A DNA stretch of 41,971 nt, taken from positions 1 to 41,971 of the IMG/VR virus record IMGVR_UViG_3300037467_000444. One strand, 5' to 3'. Shown in pieces: positions 27,817 through 35,793 of this stretch; within the stretch, counting starts at the first letter, position 1, and every line of letters starts with the position of its first letter. Both the position numbers and the translations under genes were made by a program. The DNA is from a virus. Its lineage: Duplodnaviria > Caudoviricetes. The notes beneath the pieces were generated by a model. The model made no database searches and was not told the origin of the DNA. It saw only the letters and a list, made by a program, of their open reading frames with translations.

Positions 27817-27929
27817 GCGTCGATGTACTCCCTTTCGATGTCTTCAAAGGCCTGTGCGAACGCCTCGTTCTCCAGCACCTGGCGCGCCTTGTCGCCGTCA
27901 TACACCCGCCGTTCAAGCGTCTTGGCCAT
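27630..27929 (-). CDS. Small protein between portal and scaffold
   Basis: ARQVLEN.AF...W..S...D.EGRE.L.. pattern of podovirus post-portal proteins. Confidence 0.75.
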   Translation of the reverse strand: MAKTLERRVYDGDKARQVLENEAFAQAFEDIEREYIDAWKNSPARDEEGREKLFITVKLLHKLRVVLEATLDDGRLAYAEMEHNKTKLQRAKEWISGQY

Positions 27930-30195
27930 CGTTGGCTACGTCCTTATTGGCTTCGGTTTCTGCGGCCTGCAGCGCGGCGTCTTGCTTCTGCTTGGCGGTG
28001 ATCTGAGCGATGACGACTTGGTTATCAAGCTGGCGCTCGACCTTCCATTGTTCGAACGCCATTTCGCGCTCACGCTCGGCAGCGCGGTTTTGCTCCTTCA
28101 TGGCGTTGAACTCGGCTTCGTACTGCAGCTTGAGCGCGTGCTTTTCGGCCTCGGCCTGCTGGCGGTTCGCGTCAATGCGCATCTGCGCCTCGGCGTCCAC
28201 CTGAGCTTTGTAGCGGGCGCTTTCTGCGTCCATCTGCGCCTGCTGCGCCTTCAGTGCTGTGTCGCGCTGGTGCGCCTGATCGTCCAGTTGCGCCTTGACG
28301 ATGGCCGGATCTTGCTGCGGCTGCTTCGGCGGCATCTTCTGCGGGTCAGTAAAGAACTGGTCAGCGTTCTTGAAGCCCAGCGTTTCAGCCAGCTTCGTAT
28401 CCGCGTTGTAGAGATTTTCGGGCGTGGCGTAGCCGATTTGGAGCGCCGCTACCTGCGCCTGTTTCAGGGCCATCAGGTGGGCGACTTGCTGGTCTTTGTT
28501 GCCAGTGCCAAGGCCGACGTTGATTGTCAGGTCAAACTGATTCGTCCACTCGCGCGGATCGATGTTTGCCCACTCGCTGCCCAGCTTGACCTGCTCGGCC
28601 TTGTCTTGATACTGCGTGACCAACCGCAGCATCTTCTTAAACAGGAGCGTGAAGCCTGTTTCAGCCATCGTGCGCGCTATGATTTCTACCCGCGAGTCGG
28701 CGCGATTGGTGATGATGTTCGACTGCGTGGCGGTCTGCGCAAGCTGCACATTGCCGCCCTGGCTGTTACGCTGCCAGCCGGTCGTTTCCTCTGCGGCCTG
28801 CTCCTCGTACTCCAGCATCGACATTGCGCCGCCAATGTCGCTCATACCCTGCTGGAGCGGGCTAACAGCGTTCAGTGACTTAGCGCGAACGATGCCGCCT
28901 GGACGATTGTTCAGCAGGTCATCGAGGTTAACTTGCCCCTCAATGGCCACCGTGCGCCCGTTCACCTGCAAATACAGGTTGTCGAGCATCGCACGCTTGA
29001 GGCTCGTCTTCACCTTCTGCGGCTGGACGCCAAGATCAGCAGGGCAAAGACCAAAATAGGTATGCGGCAGCGGGATAGATGCAAGGTCAACAAACGGGTT
29101 TGCCTCAACCTGCTCACGCTCAAGGATCTGCCCACCAGCGCGGACCACCTTGTGCAGTGCCGGCGCCTTCCCATCCAACGGGCCATAAACGTAGCACTCG
29201 TCCACCCACACGATGCGGGCGTCAGGGTCTTGTGGCTCACTCGGCGCGTTCAGCAGGTTCTGGATACCGTACGGATCGCGCTCCAGAGCCTCGGGCGTCA
29301 TCGCAGTCTCATCACCGCTGATGTCGTCCACGTTCTTGTAGCCGCTGGCCCGCAGTTCGCCAATGGTGCGACGGACTCGGTGAGCCTTGAACGTGCGATC
29401 GTCAATGTGCTTGCAGGCGCGAGCGACGATCATTTCCTCTGGCGGGATATTCTCGATGCACAGCTTGCCACCCTTCTTCGTGCGCTTGAGCGTCACATCG
29501 TAGAGCAAGGGGATTGGCTGCGAAGCCAACGCCTCACGCTGGGCCTGCGCTTGCTGGAGTTGGGCAGCAGTGTTCGGATCAGCCATTGCGGCCTGCGCCA
29601 TCTGCGCCAACTGCTGGTCAACCTGAGCAAGCATCTGCTCATGCTGCTTCTGCGCGTCAGGATCCGGATACGCCTCCTGATCGACCGGCTCGACCTCATC
29701 ATCATCCAACAGCAGCGCAAGCTGAACGTCAGTCTGCCCGCGATACTCCTCCTCAGTCACGATGGGCGTGTCATCCCACCAGACTTTGACGAAGCCCTTC
29801 TTGGACTTGAGCGCGTCCATAATCCAGGCGTAGATAATCTCGTAGCCCGAATTCTTCTTGCGAAGGATGTAGTTGAGGTAGTCGGTAGCTTGCTTGGCCT
29901 TCTGCTCGTCGTCCGGATGCGTTGGCGAGAACTCCACGACCGAATCAGTGCCGCAGAAGATCTTCATCAGCGGCGCGTGCATGCCTAGGACGACATCACG
30001 CACGGTCGTGTCTACAACGGACGAACGACCCTCGATCTCAGGCGGCGCGAGTTCGCCCTTGGGCAGAGCCAAGAAGAAGTATTCAGCGCGTCGCCGCTGT
30101 GCGGACAGCTCGGAGGACGAACCAACGTAGCCGGTTGCGTCTTGAATCTCCGCGTCTGTCAGCGACAGCAACTCATCATCAGAGAGTCGTGCCAT
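27913..30195 (-). CDS. Portal protein (P22-like, with C-terminal barrel helix)
   Basis: EGRSSVVD..VRD.V, GFVKVWWD, ENIPPEE, NLDDLLNNRPGGIVR, VGLGTG. Confidence 0.93.
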   Translation of the reverse strand: MARLSDDELLSLTDAEIQDATGYVGSSSELSAQRRRAEYFFLALPKGELAPPEIEGRSSVVDTTVRDVVLGMHAPLMKIFCGTDSVVEFSPTHPDDEQKAKQATDYLNYILRKKNSGYEIIYAWIMDALKSKKGFVKVWWDDTPIVTEEEYRGQTDVQLALLLDDDEVEPVDQEAYPDPDAQKQHEQMLAQVDQQLAQMAQAAMADPNTAAQLQQAQAQREALASQPIPLLYDVTLKRTKKGGKLCIENIPPEEMIVARACKHIDDRTFKAHRVRRTIGELRASGYKNVDDISGDETAMTPEALERDPYGIQNLLNAPSEPQDPDARIVWVDECYVYGPLDGKAPALHKVVRAGGQILEREQVEANPFVDLASIPLPHTYFGLCPADLGVQPQKVKTSLKRAMLDNLYLQVNGRTVAIEGQVNLDDLLNNRPGGIVRAKSLNAVSPLQQGMSDIGGAMSMLEYEEQAAEETTGWQRNSQGGNVQLAQTATQSNIITNRADSRVEIIARTMAETGFTLLFKKMLRLVTQYQDKAEQVKLGSEWANIDPREWTNQFDLTINVGLGTGNKDQQVAHLMALKQAQVAALQIGYATPENLYNADTKLAETLGFKNADQFFTDPQKMPPKQPQQDPAIVKAQLDDQAHQRDTALKAQQAQMDAESARYKAQVDAEAQMRIDANRQQAEAEKHALKLQYEAEFNAMKEQNRAAEREREMAFEQWKVERQLDNQVVIAQITAKQKQDAALQAAETEANKDVANDGQDA

Positions 30196-30244
30196 AAGTT
30201 GGGGGCGCTATCACAGCGATACCCAATGAGTTGAATTCGGCTAA

Positions 30245-30277
30245 ATTATAGGGTTAGTTTTGGGGGGCAAATTCCAC
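30245..30277 (-). promoter_or_regulatory. Candidate internal late promoter GTGGAATTT-N18-TATAAT
   Basis: Perfect -10 in the terL-portal gap with no canonical -35 at 17 bp; same motif at 18810-18842. Confidence 0.5.
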
Positions 30278-31527
30278 TATGCATAGCCTAGTCGGCCATA
30301 GTTAAGCGAGCCGCCCCACTCTTCGTTTCGCATGTCATCCGCGTTGATCGCGACATAGCGCAGATTGTCGGCGCCATGAGACCACTCATCATGCAGTGGT
30401 GCGCCAGGCTCCTGCGTCTGCTGGTTGATCGAGCGCCGGTAACGCTTCGCACACTGCACCAGCCGCGAAGTCTTGGCCTTATCGAAGTAGAAGCGCCCGA
30501 AGGCCATGCGCGTGACGCGAATGCCATCCTCAACGGGCATGTTCGGCGTGATCTTCACGTTCCAGCCTAGCGCCTCCATAATCTCTTTCGCGCTCTTGCC
30601 TGTCTGGATATTCTTGTGTTGGCCATCGTGAGGCAGGTACACGTTGCCCCAGTTGTAGCCCTTGAGCTTGAGGTCTGCGGAGTAGCTATCCAGCGTCCTG
30701 CGGTTGTCTTCGATGTACTCGATGATGCGCAGCTCGGATGCGTGCTTCTGAACCAAGCTGATAGCCATTGCGTCATTCCAGCCAAGGTCGAACACCACGT
30801 GAACCTTGAGCATCGGGTCATACGGCACGTTGCAGATGCGGCCCGCCTGCTCAGCTGAAGCCATTTCGTCGTAGTAGATCGCGCCAGCCACTGCAGGCTT
30901 ACACTTGCCGCCCCAAATGTTGTCGTAGTCCTTCGGCTGCTTGGTGAGGCAGTCTAGCCGCTCCTGCTCTAGCTTCTCGGTGAACCATGGGTTATCGACG
31001 TAATTCATCTGCACGACCACAGCACCAGTCGGCGGGTCAGCGACGAACATTTGATAGGTCACGTCCGTTTCCAGCTCGGGATTAAACGTGATCCAGATTT
31101 CAGAGCCGGGCTTACGGATGGTCGGGCGCAGAACGTCCCATGACTTTTTGCTGACTGCCTGGGCCTCTTCCACCCAGCAGATATCGACGCCCTCAAATGA
31201 CTTGATAGTCGTGACGGTATGCTGCGCGAGGCCTGAATAGTTGATCGTCGTGCCGTTCTTGCCGCGTATCTCGTAGGCCATCACATCGTAGAATTCGGAT
31301 AGCCCAAGCTCAGCCACCTGATCCTTTAACAGCGTGTGAACTGAGTCCTCAATGGATTTCTGCACCTCTCGGGCGCAAAGGATGCGGAGCGGCTTCTGAG
31401 CGCCAAGGATCAGCAGCGCACGCGCAAAACCCCATGACTTACCGGAGCCTCGGCCACCATGCGCCACCTTGTAGGGCGCCGGCTCAAACAGGAATTGCAG
31501 CTTGCCGGGGAACTTAGCCGTCTGCAT
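30277..31527 (-). CDS. terL: Terminase large subunit (PBSX-like)
   Basis: Walker A HGGRGSGKS, Walker B CWVEEAQ, nuclease FDLG..D and HGADNLRY. Confidence 0.95.
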   Translation of the reverse strand: MQTAKFPGKLQFLFEPAPYKVAHGGRGSGKSWGFARALLILGAQKPLRILCAREVQKSIEDSVHTLLKDQVAELGLSEFYDVMAYEIRGKNGTTINYSGLAQHTVTTIKSFEGVDICWVEEAQAVSKKSWDVLRPTIRKPGSEIWITFNPELETDVTYQMFVADPPTGAVVVQMNYVDNPWFTEKLEQERLDCLTKQPKDYDNIWGGKCKPAVAGAIYYDEMASAEQAGRICNVPYDPMLKVHVVFDLGWNDAMAISLVQKHASELRIIEYIEDNRRTLDSYSADLKLKGYNWGNVYLPHDGQHKNIQTGKSAKEIMEALGWNVKITPNMPVEDGIRVTRMAFGRFYFDKAKTSRLVQCAKRYRRSINQQTQEPGAPLHDEWSHGADNLRYVAINADDMRNEEWGGSLNYGRLGYA

Positions 31528-31807
31528 TGGACTTTACGAACTCGACGCGGATGCCAGAGAACAGGTGCTCACCATCCGGACCAGCGCCGTTCACCTGTAA
31601 CGGCAAGACCTTGCCAACGAGCGTGAGGAAGGCTGCAGGCTTCTCTTTTGCCTGCTCCATAAGGTAATCGACCCCGCCCGCGCCTTCCAGCGCGTCGAGG
31701 ATCATCTGCTTTACCTCTGCCGTAGCCTTGTTGGGCGAACCCTTCGGCCTGCCCTTACCGGCATTCCCCCTATTTGCGCCTACTTTAGGCCCCTGCTCGT
31801 CTGCCAT
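31514..31807 (-). CDS. terS: Terminase small subunit
   Basis: GRPKGSPNK..EVKQMI..AL..AGG..YL; overlaps terL start. Confidence 0.8.
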   Translation of the reverse strand: MADEQGPKVGANRGNAGKGRPKGSPNKATAEVKQMILDALEGAGGVDYLMEQAKEKPAAFLTLVGKVLPLQVNGAGPDGEHLFSGIRVEFVKSNADG

Positions 31808-31821
31808 AGTCCTCTCAGGAT

Positions 31822-32211
31822 TCAGCCTGGCTGATTGTCCTGCCCTAGTTGTTTGCCAATCTCAGCGGCTGCGCGAACGATGGCGCGGCGGTAATCGCGC
31901 TCGTGCTCGGCCGCGCAATAACTCGCTGTATCGATTTCACTGCGGTACGCCTCGACAGCGGGCTCGGCACCAATGCCCGTAGATTGCCATTCGATGTCGA
32001 TCTTGAGAGCAGCAGCCAGCCTTAGTGCGTCGCCGTCATCCACAAGCGGGTCCCAGTGCACCCACATCGCCGCCATGAATACACCCTCACGCATTGGAAG
32101 GCGCGGGCCCAGATAGCAGCCATGCCCCTCGCGTTGTGCATAGTCGAAGTCGAGCGGGGCGATCCCCGCCGCCTTCGCCGCCTGTTCCAACAGTTCGCGA
32201 TCATTCATCAC
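31822..32211 (-). CDS. Conserved phage hypothetical protein
   Basis: DRELLEQAAKAAG...WDPL.DDGDALRLA...RRAIVRAAAEIG. Confidence 0.75.
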   Translation of the reverse strand: MMNDRELLEQAAKAAGIAPLDFDYAQREGHGCYLGPRLPMREGVFMAAMWVHWDPLVDDGDALRLAAALKIDIEWQSTGIGAEPAVEAYRSEIDTASYCAAEHERDYRRAIVRAAAEIGKQLGQDNQPG

Positions 32212-32528
32212 CCTCTCCCAAATAGCGCCGCCACCATCCTATCCCGCCCATGCTCACCCCTCGGCCAGTCCGACCAGATGACGCGCTTGATGTCGTTCTT
32301 CGGCGCTTCCTCCTCCTCGGCCTTGATCCATATTGCCCCGCCTTCGATCTTCTCTTTGCGGAGCAGCCCTAGCGTGTGAGCCATGAACTTCAAGTGACTG
32401 TACGCTTCCTTGCGATCCATGCCGATTACCTGCGCTATCTCCCAGCACTGTTTCGGGCCGGAGTCCATAACAGACAGGATGCGGTCTGCTACTTCGTTTC
32501 TATAGGCTAGGGTGAAGGGCTGGGACAT
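32208..32528 (-). CDS. Winged-HTH protein ending RDRMVAALFG
   Basis: ILSVMDSGPKQCWEIAQVIGMDRKEAYSHL. Confidence 0.65.
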   Translation of the reverse strand: MSQPFTLAYRNEVADRILSVMDSGPKQCWEIAQVIGMDRKEAYSHLKFMAHTLGLLRKEKIEGGAIWIKAEEEEAPKNDIKRVIWSDWPRGEHGRDRMVAALFGRG

Positions 32529-32540
32529 TGAGCCTCAGCG

Positions 32541-32609
32541 TCACTCTTTATGAGCCAGCCACGCAAGCCATCCAATCAGAAGGCACATCACCAAAAAGCT
32601 CCAGTCCAT
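32541..32609 (-). CDS. 22-aa membrane peptide
   Basis: MDWSFLVMCLLIGWLAWLAHKE; GGAGGGTAAGGG RBS. Confidence 0.45.
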   Translation of the reverse strand: MDWSFLVMCLLIGWLAWLAHKE

Positions 32610-32612
32610 CCC

Positions 32613-32807
32613 TTACCCTCCAAAGTGAGCCTGCTTCAACTTGCGCCACAAAATCCCCAGGTTCACGACCTCCCCGCGCTCGTAGTCCATTCCTACATAC
32701 TCGCACAAGTGTGCGTGGCAGTCTCGATCAGGCATGCCGTATGTGGCCAGATGAAGGCTTGGCATGTGCTCTGAGAGCCACGAGCGGATGGTGTCAAGCG
32801 AGGTCAT
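32613..32807 (-). CDS. Hypothetical protein (64 aa)
   Basis: ATG 32807, ATGA overlap with the upstream mini-ORF. Confidence 0.55.
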   Translation of the reverse strand: MTSLDTIRSWLSEHMPSLHLATYGMPDRDCHAHLCEYVGMDYERGEVVNLGILWRKLKQAHFGG

Positions 32808-32884
32808 GCGCCGCCGATGCCATCCTTCTTCTTGAAGGCGTCCGCCACTGCGCGAAGCGACAGGATTAGGAGACTCTTCTTCAT
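32804..32884 (-). CDS. 26-aa peptide
   Basis: MKKSLLILSLRAVADAFKKKDGIGGA; AAGGGG RBS; coupled to next gene. Confidence 0.4.
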   Translation of the reverse strand: MKKSLLILSLRAVADAFKKKDGIGGA

Positions 32885-32897
32885 ACACACCCCTTAT

Positions 32898-32926
32898 AAA
32901 AAGACACCCGCCAAGCCTCAGCGGGC
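32898..32926 (-). terminator. Intrinsic terminator-like hairpin after tRNA-Arg
   Basis: GCCCGC-TGAGGCTTG-GCGGGT-GTCTTTTT. Confidence 0.5.
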
Positions 32927-32956
32927 GAAAGTCCAACGGAGGAGACTACATATTCC

Positions 32957-33032
32957 TGGCCCCGCCTGAAGGAATCGAACCCCCATGTGTCTGACTAGAA
33001 CTCAGATGCCTCATCCATTCGGCCAAGGCGGG
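32957..33032 (-). tRNA. tRNA-Arg(UCU) with atypical anticodon loop
   Basis: CCCGCCT-TG-GCCG AATGGATG AGGC-A-TCTGA GTTCTAG TCAGA-CACAT-GGGGG TTCGATT CCTTC-AGGCGGG-G-CCA; A20 and G73 fit Arg identity. Confidence 0.8.
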
Positions 33033-33232
33033 ATTGCGGTGCCGGGGCGCGACTATCCAGGTGTTTCCGCGAGCTTCACCACACAGTGCCGTCCAGTTGG
33101 CATCGCTGGCTAGATCCAACGATCTAATGCGGCTACTGGCTACCGTCGATACAGATTTCTTTTGCCCGGCATTGTGTGGACTGCTTACGGCAGTCAATCG
33201 CCGGAGCCCATTTCCGGATGCTGGGGTACTGC

Positions 33233-33357
33233 GTTGGTGGCCGGAGGTGATCCCGGCTTTACATGTTTGACCATCGTATGCACTTAAGCAGCTTATGTGG
33301 GCTAGGCACTGTCAGTCGCCCCACTTGACGGCGCATCACCATTGCGCTTTCACCAAC
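33233..33357 (-). ncRNA. Candidate kissing-loop structured RNA
   Basis: Closing stem GTTGGTG/CACCAAC; hairpins GCGCA-ATGGTGA-TGCGC and GCCGG-GATCACCT-CCGGC with complementary loops. Confidence 0.55.
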
Positions 33358-33471
33358 ACGACTGGCGACTGAACCGGACTAGCCGCGCAAGCTATGGATT
33401 CCGGCCTCTTGCGCCTGGTGCTTTCGCACTCAATCGCCATGCGTGTTAGTGCTCGTCTTTCCGAGCTGTCA
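33351..33471 (-). ncRNA. Second copy of GARAGA hairpin + long stem element
   Basis: TGACA-GCTCG-GAAAGA-CGAGC then ACTAACACG..TGGCGATTGA pairing with TCAGTCGCCA..CGTGTTGGT. Confidence 0.6.
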
Positions 33472-33514
33472 GCGCAGCCATCTCCCGCGCGCAGCAGGTC
33501 CAAAGCCCGCACAT

Positions 33515-33874
33515 TTACCCGTTTGCGGCCCTCGATGGCTGAGGGAAGGAGCGGGTGGGTATTTCTTTTCTATAACTTGAGTATGAGGAAAGTGCCAGCG
33601 AAGTCAAGTAATTATCTAAACTATTTATACCATTTACGCAACAGCGGAACTCAGCACGGGAAAACAAAATTAGCGCGATCACGATTGCCAGCGGAACGAC
33701 CAAAAGAAGAACCAGAAACAAGCCCATTTCCTCAGCGTTTTCGTCCAACTCCGATTCAATGCAGGGGGCCTCTCCAATCTCAACCAATGCCGAGACTACG
33801 CCCTCAAACAGCCAGCAGGCAGGTCCAATCGGTCCCGCGTCTTTGCACCACTGCGACAAGCTATCTCGATGCAT
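33515..33874 (-). CDS. Hypothetical membrane-segment protein at the usual Q position; not Q-like
   Basis: AAGGAG RBS; hydrophobic LFLVLLLVVPLAIVIALILF; 3' end runs through the promoter region. Confidence 0.4.
   Translation of the reverse strand: MHRDSLSQWCKDAGPIGPACWLFEGVVSALVEIGEAPCIESELDENAEEMGLFLVLLLVVPLAIVIALILFSRAEFRCCVNGINSLDNYLTSLALSSYSSYRKEIPTRSFPQPSRAANG
33580..33607 (-). promoter_or_regulatory. Late (pR'-like) promoter candidate
   Basis: TTGACT-16-CATACT followed by a -10-like TATAGA, in an AT-rich patch upstream of the structured leader. Confidence 0.5.
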
Positions 33875-34481
33875 CTACACTCTCCTTTAGCTCTTTCAGT
33901 TTTCGTTTGTACAGCGCCTTTATCTCTTGCAGCTCCGCGATGGACCACTTTCGGACTGTGTTATCGGCCTCCAGCGCCTCGACCGCCTCAAGCCCAATGC
34001 GAGCAATCAGACCTATGCGGAAGTTCAACTGGTTGCCACTCAAGTACGTATTGCAAGGAGCGCACTGCTTGGCAAGATTGTTTTCTACCAGCGCCAAATG
34101 CGGATGCGATCCGCGAGCCAAGTAATGGCCTGCGTGATACTGGCCCTTGTGATGGCGTCCACATGAAATACAGGGCAAATCACGGTCGCGCTCCCTTACC
34201 CATGCATTCACGGCAGCTTGAGCCTCACGCATCCAATCTGCGCGGCTCTTCAACTTCTCCCGCTTCGCCTTGTCTGCCTTGCGCTCGGCCTTCGCCGCCC
34301 TCTCCTTGATCTTCGCAAGCTTCTCAAGCGCCAGGGCGTGTGCGCAGTCGTCCGAGCACCATTCGATGAACGGCTTGGCTGGAACAAACTGCTTGCGACA
34401 CGCCTTTACTTTGCACTTGCGTAGCTTGACGGTTAGGCGGGATGCGCCAATGGGTATGCGGAGAAAGCCAGAACGCTTCAT
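33861..34481 (-). CDS. ninG: NinG/Rap endonuclease
   Basis: RERDRDLPCISCG..HAGHY...QCAPCN..LSGN...GLIARIG; ATG 34481. Confidence 0.92.
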   Translation of the reverse strand: MKRSGFLRIPIGASRLTVKLRKCKVKACRKQFVPAKPFIEWCSDDCAHALALEKLAKIKERAAKAERKADKAKREKLKSRADWMREAQAAVNAWVRERDRDLPCISCGRHHKGQYHAGHYLARGSHPHLALVENNLAKQCAPCNTYLSGNQLNFRIGLIARIGLEAVEALEADNTVRKWSIAELQEIKALYKRKLKELKESVDASR

Positions 34482-34870
34482 GCAATCGTGCAGATCGTGA
34501 ACCCAGCCGGACGAATCGACCATTCCGGCTCGTCGTCGCGTCGTATGCGCGTCCATCCTTTCCACGCAGGCCGAATCATGTTGTTGATGCTGCGCGGTGC
34601 CGCGACGATGCCGACGAAGCCGGACGGCTGCTCTGCGCACTCTTCCAGCAGGTCGCGCGCCTCATCCGTGATGTCGATAACGCCATGCTCCGATCGGACG
34701 AGCCAGCCAGCGTCAATTGCGCGCTTGAGCGATGCTTCGCGGCCGCACTCTTTGGCTCCGAAGTCGATGCGTGAGAACAGCGTCCCTCGCATGGTCGGGC
34801 CTTCGTTGAAGATCAGCAGTGCAGCACGATAGGCGACAGTGGGGCGAGCGGGTTTGGCGAGGTTGGTCAT
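34478..34870 (-). CDS. Winged-helix-like hypothetical protein
   Basis: 130 aa coupled ORF; SLKRAIDAGWL..ITDEAR. Confidence 0.65.
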   Translation of the reverse strand: MTNLAKPARPTVAYRAALLIFNEGPTMRGTLFSRIDFGAKECGREASLKRAIDAGWLVRSEHGVIDITDEARDLLEECAEQPSGFVGIVAAPRSINNMIRPAWKGWTRIRRDDEPEWSIRPAGFTICTIA

Positions 34871-35100
34871 TTCTCACTCCCCGCAGGCTGGAACCAGCGC
34901 CCTGCACGACCGCACGTTTTTACGAGTCTGGACGTTATCGGCCCATCTTCACGATGAAGCTCGCAGTGTGTCCAACGATAGAAAACGTCTCCACGCACCA
35001 TATCAACGGGCTTCAAATTCTGCGGCGCGAAGCATTTTTCAAAGCCCTTATTTTCCCCGTCGCCGAAATGTTTGCAGTCCTTGCACAGCTTCATGGCCAT
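34867..35100 (-). CDS. Cys-rich hypothetical protein
   Basis: KLCKDCKHF...C...CG..GRWF. Confidence 0.7.
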   Translation of the reverse strand: MAMKLCKDCKHFGDGENKGFEKCFAPQNLKPVDMVRGDVFYRWTHCELHREDGPITSRLVKTCGRAGRWFQPAGSEK

Positions 35101-35116
35101 CCCTTTCTTGGTTTAG

Positions 35117-35533
35117 TTATGCTGCTGATTTGCTGATGAATCGCTCCGTCACCGTGCAGGCATCGTTGAGCAAACCAACCTCCAGGCTGGGGAGTGCTCG
35201 CAGATACCAGCAAAATGCAGTGCGCAATGCTGTGTATTCGCTGGTCGCAAGATCCAGCAGCTTCGTCGGGCGGCGGCTCGCTTTCATCAGCGCGTCAACC
35301 GCTGCGACAACCGCAGCGTGAAACACCTTGCTCTGCGTGCGCGATGCGATGAACGAAGCCATGATGAGGTGCTGGTACAGGAACTGCCGCCCTGCTGCTG
35401 GGCCTTGTCCGCGCTTTGCTGCGTCGAGGTGGCACAGGACCGGCAGCGCGATCAGGTCAGCATCCTCTTGGCCTACTCGCTGTTTGCGAGCGATGGCGAC
35501 GAGTGCAGAGGCGGGATTGAGGTGCTTGGTCAT
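35117..35533 (-). CDS. Hypothetical protein
   Basis: ATG 35533, ATGA overlap. Confidence 0.7.
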   Translation of the reverse strand: MTKHLNPASALVAIARKQRVGQEDADLIALPVLCHLDAAKRGQGPAAGRQFLYQHLIMASFIASRTQSKVFHAAVVAAVDALMKASRRPTKLLDLATSEYTALRTAFCWYLRALPSLEVGLLNDACTVTERFISKSAA

Positions 35534-35793
35534 GCGCCAGCCTCGGGTGCGGCAGCGATAGCAGCCTCTATGGCGCGCATCGCATCCACGCGGAACAGGT
35601 TGGCCGCTTCGCACGCCGCCGAAATCATGTCGTCGTCAGCCTCGACGGGCACCAGCTTGTAGCCGTCGCGCACTTTCAACGCCTTCTCCAAATCCGCGAT
35701 CTGCTCGCTCATAGCCCGCTCTACCGATGTGGCGCAGGTAAGCGGGAAGTCCTCGGATACGCCAATTCGTGCGCGCCAGGTTTTGATGGTCAT
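35530..35793 (-). CDS. Hypothetical protein
   Basis: ATG 35793, AAGGAGG RBS; GYKLVPVE..DDM module. Confidence 0.7.
   Translation of the reverse strand: MTIKTWRARIGVSEDFPLTCATSVERAMSEQIADLEKALKVRDGYKLVPVEADDDMISAACEAANLFRVDAMRAIEAAIAAAPEAGA

Noticed and set aside
25136-29988. Long plus-strand ORFs (566, 400 and 351 aa)
   Set aside because: Antisense shadows of the capsid, scaffold and portal genes
32895-32956. Theta/HDV-like ribozyme 3' of the tRNA
   Set aside because: No nested pseudoknot could be drawn; only a terminator-like hairpin
32990-33005. Amber-suppressor reading (CTA) of the second tRNA
   Set aside because: The 5-bp stem fixes a 7-nt loop with TCT at positions 34-36, and A20 fits Arg
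33515-33874. Antiterminator Q
   Set aside because: Correct position, but no Q-like Zn finger or HTH; contains a hydrophobic segment
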